In this document: in pieces, positions 19,075 to 26,700 of the stretch
How the letters are laid out: each line of letters opens with the position of its first letter
How positions within the stretch are numbered: the first letter of the stretch is position 1
Source: Nanobdellota archaeon
Lineage (GTDB): Archaea > Nanobdellota > Nanobdellia > Pacearchaeales > GW2011-AR1
NCBI GenBank assembly: GCA_038044745.1
Contig: JBBSZK010000007.1
Coordinates: forward strand, 45,521 to 109,520
Direction of reading: 5' to 3'
DNA: 64,000 bases
Position numbers and translations under genes: made by a program
Notes under the pieces: generated by a model
What the model saw: only the letters and a program-made list of their open reading frames with translations
The model's database searches: none
What the model was told of the DNA's origin: nothing

Positions 19075-19086
19075 AAGCCTCTGGAG
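19075..19086. repeat. distal 12-nt direct repeat of the tRNA-Thr 3' end (AAGCCTCTGGAG, plus-strand reading)
   Basis: Exact match to 19729-19740, which covers the tRNA-Thr T-stem and acceptor 3' strand, the discriminator and 1 trailer nt. Confidence 0.6.
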
Positions 19087-19118
19087 AGCCTGAAAGAAAA
19101 GTTTAGATTGTGTGGCTT

Positions 19119-19659
19119 TTATTTGTAGGCTTCCATTTCAATGTGGCAAGCACCCATACGTTTAGGCATCAACTTATAGATAAGGAGTTTGAGGGGGTTG
19201 CTTGCGCCATAATAGTAGCTAAATTTATGATTTTTGAACTTCCCAAATAAATGTTTTAGATGACTTGCGACAAACAAGGCATAATGGTGGTCTTCCTTTT
19301 CTCCTTGTTTTTGTTTGTGTCCGAAAGGATTTTGGCGTACAAATAATTTTTCATATGCTTTATTATGTTCGTGTTTTTTCATCAGGTGAAGCAACAAAAA
19401 TCCTGCATGGTCTGTTCTGAGCCACAATCTCCCCCCCCCTTAGAACACGAAAACATTCATCTGAAAACATTCCTAAATTTTTGATATGTTCAAGAACCGA
19501 CTTACAGTATATTTCATCAAAATAGTTATCAGGATAAGGGAGTTTTCCATTTATATCAGCAACTTCAGTGGTTGCTGAAGTTTTGAAAACATCTATTCTG
19601 TGAGTGCCGTACATATCGTTTCCACAACCCAAGTTTAGTATTTTTCTATCCATTTTCAT
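19119..19659 (-). pseudogene. class I SAM-dependent methyltransferase (Methyltransf_11-like), frame broken in a G9 run (C9 on the plus strand)
   Basis: The N-part (19363..19659) has LNLGCG and FDEIYCKSVLEHI and ends ...FRVLRGG. The C-part (19119..19427) continues LWLRTDHAGF in another frame. Removing one G at 19431-19439 gives VLRGGRLWLRTD. Confidence 0.7.
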
Positions 19660-19728
19660 ATTACTTTTTTAACGAAGCCCTGTTTTATAAACTTGACTTC
19701 AAAGCAACACTTTGAAAACTAAAGACTG

Positions 19729-19740
19729 AAGCCTCTGGAG
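19729..19740. repeat. proximal 12-nt direct repeat at the tRNA-Thr 3' end
   Basis: Identical to 19075-19086. Together the two copies bracket a 642-bp AT-rich segment holding only the methyltransferase gene. Confidence 0.6.
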
Positions 19741-19841
19741 GGAATTGAACCCCCAACCCCTAGTTCTTTTGAACCATTCGCGCTTCTTTTCTCGCGCTCA
19801 GGTTTACAAAACTAGTGCTCTAACCATTGAGCTACAGAGGC
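19730..19841 (-). tRNA. tRNA-Thr (anticodon UGU) with a 39-nt intron at 37/38
   Basis: 5' exon 19841-19805, intron 19804-19766, 3' exon 19765-19730. Anticodon arm CTAGT-TTTGTA[intron]A-ACTAG. The intron 3' end CAAAA pairs with the loop TTTTG, as expected for a bulge-helix-bulge (BHB) splice motif. T arm GGGGG-TTCAATT-CCCTC. Confidence 0.75.
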
Positions 19842-19886
19842 ATACTTGTGTTGACGAATGGGAGTTTTAAAACGTTATTGTTGTAG

Positions 19887-20165
19887 CTATCGGCGTTGGT
19901 TTTTGTAGCTAGTGAATCCGTTTCCCGTACCTTCTTCATACTTCTTAATCAATTTTTCTTTATCTTTTCGTGTGGGGGGTGTGAGCGTATATCTGGTCCG
20001 ATTTTGGTCGATTACCTGATAAACCTCTGCGATAATAGTTCCGCCTCTTGGATGCTCGATGTCCGCGAGAAACTTTTTTCTTCCTTTTCCCAGCGATAAC
20101 AAATGAATGAGCCCCTTTCTTGCAGCATCTTTCTTTGTTAATCTTACTGTTTCTTCTTCATCCAT
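19887..20165 (-). CDS. hypothetical protein
   Basis: 92-aa basic protein at the head of the r-protein cluster. No motif recognised. Confidence 0.45.
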   Translation of the reverse strand: MDEEETVRLTKKDAARKGLIHLLSLGKGRKKFLADIEHPRGGTIIAEVYQVIDQNRTRYTLTPPTRKDKEKLIKKYEEGTGNGFTSYKNQRR

Positions 20166-20181
20166 TAGATTTCAAGCAGTT

Positions 20182-20739
20182 TTATGCGGCAGTTTGCTTT
20201 TTCTTTTCTGGGACGATTTCCGCAACACGGATTTCACAGAGAGCTAGCGGGTAAATTTTCTTTAATTTAATTGAGATTTCTTTTTGGATTTTGTTAGAGG
20301 TTATCTCTGAGAATACTTCTTCCGCGGTGCGTACTTTTACATGCGATTCAAGATGTTTCTTTGCACCTTCGCGCAGGGCATTACGAATAGCGCGAGACAC
20401 GCGTTTTCGAGCAATCATAAAGGGCTTAATCCTTAGTTTTGCATCTTTACATTCGGTCTCAAACGAATCTTCTATATAGTCCGTTCCCTTTCTTACCGAG
20501 CGTCGTATGTACGAGGGCATTACTTCAAGACTTACGGGAATACCTTCGAGCGTTCCGTTGTTATTCTTAATTTTTGCACGTAGTTCAAGATTCTTACCTC
20601 GTAAACTTCTTGTCATGTCGATGCGAACGACGCGACCTTCAAGTTCTTCGGGGGATGCGCCGTAGACGTGAACTTTTGTTGCTGTTAACGGTACCTTGAC
20701 TTCAAAGAATCTTTTTTTGGTCCCTTTTATTTGTGCCAT
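20182..20739 (-). CDS. rps3ae: 30S ribosomal protein S3Ae (eS1)
   Basis: KKRFFEVKVPL...GRVVRIDMTRSLRGKNLEL...SYIRRSVRKGTDYIED matches the S3Ae pattern. Confidence 0.9.
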   Translation of the reverse strand: MAQIKGTKKRFFEVKVPLTATKVHVYGASPEELEGRVVRIDMTRSLRGKNLELRAKIKNNNGTLEGIPVSLEVMPSYIRRSVRKGTDYIEDSFETECKDAKLRIKPFMIARKRVSRAIRNALREGAKKHLESHVKVRTAEEVFSEITSNKIQKEISIKLKKIYPLALCEIRVAEIVPEKKKQTAA

Positions 20740-20740
20740 G

Positions 20741-21070
20741 TTACTTTGCTACTTTTTCTCCTACTTCTAATCGTGCACTGCGGATACCCTTACTTATTCC
20801 TTTCGCTTTCTTGCATACGGAGCAGGTATACAGGACCGTCATTTTCTTTGTTGCTTTAATTTTACGTTTCCAGCTCTTGATTGCAGGTTTAGAGAATCGC
20901 CCCATGTTACCATATCCGACGCCTTGACCTCGTAATCCTGCTCTACTTCGTGACCAGCGAGACATAGGGTGGGCACTTGAACGTCCGCGCTGTTTGGCTA
21001 CGGCTACAGCTTGTAAGGTGTGCTTCTTGCAGTGGGGGCAGTATCGTTTTACCTTTTCTGGTAGTTTCAT
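20741..21070 (-). CDS. rpl44e: 50S ribosomal protein L44e (eL42)
   Basis: MKLPEKVKRYCPHCKKHTLQ...YTCSVCKKA zinc ribbon. Directly upstream of S3Ae. Confidence 0.85.
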   Translation of the reverse strand: MKLPEKVKRYCPHCKKHTLQAVAVAKQRGRSSAHPMSRWSRSRAGLRGQGVGYGNMGRFSKPAIKSWKRKIKATKKMTVLYTCSVCKKAKGISKGIRSARLEVGEKVAK

Positions 21071-21230
21071 GAATTTCTCTCTACAAGTTTAATTCCTGAG
21101 CCAATAAAATTCTTTGAATTTTCTTGTTTCATTGTTAGACGGACAGATATGTGCGCTGGCCGTAGTCAGTCCGATGGGACGTACGGGTTATTGCGTATAA
21201 GTCTAGTGAGAAAGCGGTTTTTAAAGGTTG

Positions 21231-21485
21231 TTATTTCGTAATTCTACGATAGCCTACGATTTCTTTTTCGTGATAGATAGGCACCTCGGTAACCTTTTTG
21301 CTTGTTCCGGTTTTGAATGCAACGAGCGCGCCAAACACAAGCAAGAGTCCTCCTATCGAAAGAAGGGTTGACTCGGTAAGGGGTGCGGGAAGCACCACAC
21401 TCAGTGCGTTTTGCACGGCGCGGTAACTTAAAATGATTGCAGCTAGTCCTAGAAAGACCGAGACGTATCCAATCACCTTTTTCAT
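21231..21485 (-). CDS. small membrane protein
   Basis: 84 aa with two hydrophobic helices. Confidence 0.45.
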   Translation of the reverse strand: MKKVIGYVSVFLGLAAIILSYRAVQNALSVVLPAPLTESTLLSIGGLLLVFGALVAFKTGTSKKVTEVPIYHEKEIVGYRRITK

Positions 21486-21559
21486 TTTCTTTTTACGGAA
21501 GGGTATTATTTAAACTTAGCTCGATGGTTTTAAATATCGCTTTTTGCAGCTTTTCTGAA

Positions 21560-21630
21560 GGCCTTGTAGTCTAATGGTAGAACGATCCCTTGACGTGGGA
21601 TAGGCCGCGGTCCGATTCCGCGCAGGGCCA
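21560..21630 (+). tRNA. tRNA-Val (anticodon GAC), atypical T loop
   Basis: Acceptor GGCCTTG/CAGGGCC, anticodon arm ATCCC-TTGACGT-GGGAT, T arm CGCGG-TCCGATT-CCGCG. The loop reads TCC rather than TTC. One D-stem mismatch. Confidence 0.7.
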
Positions 21631-21699
21631 TATATTCTTTAGTGCTCTTGTGCTTTTATTACTAAGTAAGTTAGTAATTTATGAAGTAAGTAAGGAAGC

Positions 21700-21707
21700 T
21701 TTATATA
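21700..21707 (+). promoter_or_regulatory. TATA box (tttatata) for the RHH / 620-aa / 1917-aa operon
   Basis: Consensus-like archaeal TATA about 35 nt upstream of the ATG at 21742. Confidence 0.45.
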
Positions 21708-21741
21708 CGTCTTTTTCTATGGTTCTTGGAAGAATTGTACA

Positions 21742-21876
21742 ATGAAGAAGTATCTGCTTTTGATTGAGGATGAGAAGTTGTGGGGCAGGTTTAAGGAAAC
21801 CATACAGAAGGACATCAATAGTGAGCTTATCGAACTTGTTAAAGAAAAAGTAAAACGAGGGGTTAAGCATGAGTAG
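21742..21876 (+). CDS. small ribbon-helix-helix (CopG-like) DNA-binding protein, 44 aa (below the ORF-track cutoff)
   Basis: My translation is MKKYLLLIEDEKLWGRFKETIQKDINSELIELVKEKVKRGVKHE, which has a strand-helix-helix layout. 8-nt overlap with the next ORF. Confidence 0.4.
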   Translation: MKKYLLLIEDEKLWGRFKETIQKDINSELIELVKEKVKRGVKHE

Positions 21877-23731
21877 ACGTGGGCAGGTTGCTCTGTTTGT
21901 TATTATCGCAGTTGTGCTTATCGGGATAATTGTGGCCTTTTTCGCATTTCGTGATACGATTGGATTGGCCTCTATTCATCCCGAACTTGAACCGGTCTTT
22001 GATTATTACACTACTTGTATTGATGACGCGGTGCGTGCCGGAACTTCTCTTGCCGGTTCTCAGGGTGGTCGTGTTGAGCCTGGCGCGTATACGCCTGGGA
22101 GCGATTATGCTCCCTTCTCTTCGCACTTGTTTTTTGCAGGTACCCAAGTTCCTTATTGGTTTATGATTTCAGGAAATGGAATCACTGTCGAAAACGTCCC
22201 TACTCGTGCGAATCTTGAATCGGAGCTTGAAGCTTTTGTTTCTGATAGGCTTGCGTCTTGTGATTTTTCTTCATTTAGAGAACAGGGATTCTCAGTCAAT
22301 GTTTCCTCGCGTCCTCACGTCGAATTAACTATGAATGATAGAAGCGTCGATGTTCGTGTTGTCGGTTCTCTTGTCGTTAGTCGAGCTGATCTGCGAGGGG
22401 TGCGAGAAATTCATGATGTGCAAGTTTCGAGCAAGCTCGGTAGTTTTCTCAATGCGGCTCGCACGTTTTACACACAACAGCAACAGAATTCTTATTTTGA
22501 CAATTATGCTGCAGACATTTTGAGACTTTATGCTCCGGTTGATGGCGTTTCAGTACAATGTGCTCCTGAAATTTGGAAGACGCGCGAAGTCTTTGAAGAG
22601 TTACAGCGGGCCTTTGAGGCGAACTTCGCGCATATCCAGTTCTCGGATACGCGTTCGTCGTTGAATGCTTCTCGAGCGTACTTTACCATTCCTCATCGTT
22701 TTTCTGATTCCGCACGTGTCCTTTATTCTTCTGAATGGCCTGTTTTCTTTGAGGTAACCCCTGCGGATGATGAATTGATGGTTGCTGAACCCGTGGGCAA
22801 TCAGAAGGGGCTTGGTGTTATGGGCTTCTGTTACGTGCCGTATCATTTTCTTTATGATATTCGTTTTCCCGTTATGGTTCAATTGTACGACGGTCAAGAT
22901 GTATTCCAGTTTCCGATAGTTGTTCTGGTTGATAAAAATGCTCCTCGCTCTGCTCTTTCAACGGGTGTTGCTCCCGAGCCTGCGTCTGCAGATGTATGCT
23001 CGTTTAAAGAAGGTCGTGCGACTATCTCTACGTTCGACGTACAACTTAATCCTGTTGAAGCGGAGGTCTTTTACCAGTGCTTTGATCAGCGATGTCCTTT
23101 AGGTGAGACGCGTATCTCTGAACAAACTGCGTCTCTTAACGCTGCTTTACCTGTGTGCACCAATGGACAGCTTATCGCTCGCGCAGAGAATTATAGTGAA
23201 GCGCGCATTCTATTTTCTTCTAATAGCGAGTCTTTTGCCGAATTGATTCTCGAGCGTCTGCATTCGGTTCGCGTTGATGTACTCGTTGACGGTCGTTCTA
23301 CAAAGGATTTAGCTATTATTCATTTTACGAAGAGCGATGGCACAACGGTCAGCGCCTTGTTACCTGAACAGCCCTCGGTTATGCTCGGAGAGGGATTGTA
23401 TAACATTAGCGTGTATGTTTATGGTAATTCGAGCGTTAGCTTGCCTAGTACAACTCGACAAGAATGTACTCAGGTTCCGCGTGGGGGGATTGCAGGGTTC
23501 TTTGGAAGTACAGAAGAACGTTGTTTTGCGATAACGAGTCCGGAGACTAACATTGACTCTGCATTGCGCGGGGGCGGACGCTCGTCTGATATTTATCTGC
23601 TCGAGAGCGATGTTGCAGAGGGTCGTATCGCGCTCTACGTGAACTCGCTTCCTGCCCCCACAAGTTTTGAACAGTTGCAAACAAACTTTGAACTATTTGA
23701 TGCAGCAACTCTGGAGGTGGGGGCTCCATGA
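21869..23731 (+). CDS. large extracellular protein with pilin-like class III signal peptide
   Basis: N-terminus MSRRG-QVALFVIIAVVLIGIIVAFF. 620 aa. ATGA overlap with the 1917-aa ORF. Confidence 0.6.
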   Translation: MSRRGQVALFVIIAVVLIGIIVAFFAFRDTIGLASIHPELEPVFDYYTTCIDDAVRAGTSLAGSQGGRVEPGAYTPGSDYAPFSSHLFFAGTQVPYWFMISGNGITVENVPTRANLESELEAFVSDRLASCDFSSFREQGFSVNVSSRPHVELTMNDRSVDVRVVGSLVVSRADLRGVREIHDVQVSSKLGSFLNAARTFYTQQQQNSYFDNYAADILRLYAPVDGVSVQCAPEIWKTREVFEELQRAFEANFAHIQFSDTRSSLNASRAYFTIPHRFSDSARVLYSSEWPVFFEVTPADDELMVAEPVGNQKGLGVMGFCYVPYHFLYDIRFPVMVQLYDGQDVFQFPIVVLVDKNAPRSALSTGVAPEPASADVCSFKEGRATISTFDVQLNPVEAEVFYQCFDQRCPLGETRISEQTASLNAALPVCTNGQLIARAENYSEARILFSSNSESFAELILERLHSVRVDVLVDGRSTKDLAIIHFTKSDGTTVSALLPEQPSVMLGEGLYNISVYVYGNSSVSLPSTTRQECTQVPRGGIAGFFGSTEERCFAITSPETNIDSALRGGGRSSDIYLLESDVAEGRIALYVNSLPAPTSFEQLQTNFELFDAATLEVGAP

Positions 23732-26700
23732 AACGCTTAACCTTTCTCTTTTGTTTTGCCCTTATCGTCTTTTCTGCATTTTTTGTTTCTGCAGCTACGT
23801 CGGGTTTTTATGGTACGAGTTCAGGTTCTTCTCGATATGTCCAGTACCAGCAGCCCGATTTTCGTCATTATTATTCGGGTGCGCAGATTCGAGACTATTG
23901 GCCCATTCTTGCAGAGGATCAAAAAGAAGTATGTGAAGGGAGACAAGATTTGCTTGTTAACGTCGCTCCCCTCGGTTGCCAGCCCGCCGTTGTTAGAAGC
24001 GATTTACTTGCTGAGCAAAACGTTCCGATGTTCTGCCAGCTTGACGCTCTTCGTGTTAATCCTCTTGTTGAAATTAAACAAATTCGAAATATTCGATTTA
24101 CGGGAACCTATCCTAAAGAGGTTGCCGGTGTCGGATTTCACCCTGCTCAAGCTGCGCTTCGCACGCGGGGAGATTTGTTAGGTAGCCCGCTTTTGAACAA
24201 TATAGGCTATGTTGTCGTTTTATTACGTCGCCAGGCGAATGAGTCTGCTCAACCTAATTTTGTAAACTTCACGTTGCAGGCGCAGGTCGATTATTATGCG
24301 GATAATGTTCTTGGTGTCGGGACGAGTTCTTTTTACTTACAGCCCGTGAGCGATGCACAATGGGTAGAGGCACGCCTTCGTCAAAGTTTCTTTAATGGGC
24401 GTTATTTCATTCGTCTTGATGAAGTCGATGATGCACGTGCACGTATTTCTATTTATCACGGAGATTCGAGAGTTTCATCTACGACTGTAACTCTTGGGTC
24501 TAAGTCCGAACAGGTTATGTATCTCCCTGGTTCGTACTGTCAATTAGGTCTGCGTGCTTACTTTGACCGTTTTGAACCTGCTCAACCGATGGCTCAAATG
24601 CAGGTTGGTGATGACCTCGTTGATGTTGTCGAAGGAGGACGTTTCGCACAAGAGCGGTGTGTTGTTCGCTCAGTTATTTCTACGGGTGCAGAAGCAGGTC
24701 GGGTCGATATTGTGTGTGGCTCTCAATCGTTCAGCTTGGAACTCGCACCTCGTGTTTTTGAAAAGGGAGATCTTGTTCTTGTTAGTGGTCGTGAATCCGA
24801 AGGGGTCTTTAGCGTGGGGTCGGTTGATTCTAAAAAAGGGGTTTATTCCTTGCGTGCGACTAATGGGACGATTGTTTCTGTAGACTATCTTTTGGTATAT
24901 TCTACGGAATCAGGGAGACTGACGGAATTCGAACATTCTGATAAAGATCTTGAAGCTTACTTCGCTAAGACTATCGCCCAGTATCGATTGCTCGCTCAGG
25001 ATTATCCTCTTGAAAAATCTCTCGCTACACAGAGTATCGATTCGGTTGCGAGTTTCGGTCAGCAAGGTCTTGAACGTGCGATTAGTTTAGCTGAAGATGT
25101 GGGCAAGCAACGTACGGCTGCTGAACTTATAGGGTATTATTTGGAACTTTATCCCACTTCTGATCGGGCTTCTTACTTTGATCGACGTTTGCGTTACGAC
25201 TATCGGCATGACTCTAATGCGGCAGTTGCCGTTGTAGATTTGAACGGTCAAACAACGAGTATTCGCTTACGGGCCATTATTCCGCCCCACGACTCTTCAA
25301 AGGCAGATTTCAGTTGGAACGGCCAACGATTTTCGGTTGCACTTGAGCGTAATTATACTTTTGCAGTTCAGAAATCATTAGGCGTGCTTTCATTGGATAA
25401 AGATCGCGTACGTGTTGTTGCCGATTGTGGTGGTACGACGAGTTCGCGTGAGGATCGTACACTCTCGCTCATTTCTCGAGTTCAAGGGAGCAGCGAGGGG
25501 CGTACGGCAGAGTTGTGCGGGGGCGTTTTGCGTCTTGAGTCTATTTCGGTGGAGAACTATGCGCACATACGGCTGGTACCTGAAGCACGTGGCCCTACCG
25601 TACAGACCAATTTTAGCGTAGGTGTTGGCATTGAACAGCGCGCAATAAAACTTGCTCCTGATAAGATACAGGAACGCATTGATACGCTTAACAAGACTAT
25701 CGCCAAATGGGAATCTATTTCAGAAGGTCTTGGCAATGTTGTGAAAACCATGAAGGCGGCTTGCTTCGCAACTGCGGGCGTGCTCACGGTAAAGAATTTT
25801 GTTACGGGTCTAGATGGTACGGCGCTCGCTCGTCAGAAAGTCATGCGCGGACCTAATGGATGGACCGAGTATTGTCGAGGTCGTGTGAATGCTCAGGATG
25901 ACGGACCGAGCTATAGTTCTCTTGGGGAATGTTACAAGGACAATAGCGCGCTCATTGATCAAGACGTCTCTACGATGTCTTCTCTTATACAGGCGGATAA
26001 TACCTGTATTCGTGCTGCCGAGAGCGGGGCGACTCAGTCTTCGGGCACGTTTGGAACCTATGTCGATGGCGAGAAAGCAAAGCAAGCGTTCATTCAACGT
26101 TGTCTTAACGGATATGAGAATGAGCGTATTCGTTTAAGTGATGGTCGCGATGTGAGCGTTTCTGAGCTTACTAAAAATGTTTCGGGCAGTGGCACGGTTA
26201 TGAGTTATCAAGAACTTAAAGACCTTAAATTGAATCTCGAGTTGCAAAAACGACGCGGTGATTCTCCGGTCGCAGGCGATCTTTCTCGCGAGCAATTGGG
26301 ACGTCTTGGTGATCGCATCAGTGGTCGTATTGCATCTATTGAGAGCCAAGCGTCTATTGCTGATCTCGCGGGCGGTCAGGTGGAACAGATTCAAGGAGAG
26401 TTTTCACGTACGTATAATTATTATGGGCAGACTATTTCTGATGCTGGTCCGCGATATGGGTTGCTCTCGAATGTGCTTCCTACAGGTAGCGCGGTACAAG
26501 TGATTATGGTTCCTGATGAGGGCGTTTCTAAACCCTATCTTGCGGTACTCGACCCTGCCAACCCGACGACAGGGTTACGGTCGGTTAACCGGTATTATGC
26601 TTTGAAGGAAGAGAATGGCGCGTACGTGGTTAACGATTCAGAGCCCGATGTTATTTCTTCTGAGGCGGGGCGCACGATAGGTCAGTTCCGCCAAGTGACG

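Noticed and set aside
21139-21188. Short GC-rich patch upstream of the L44e/S3Ae operon as a possible C/D-box sRNA
   Set aside because: It has no C box (RUGAUGA), only a weak 5-bp stem, and is too short to support a call.
21679-21870. 63-aa minus-strand ORF upstream of the 620-aa gene
   Set aside because: The plus-strand 44-aa RHH-like ORF fits the TATA position and couples to the downstream operon. The minus ORF has no context or motif.
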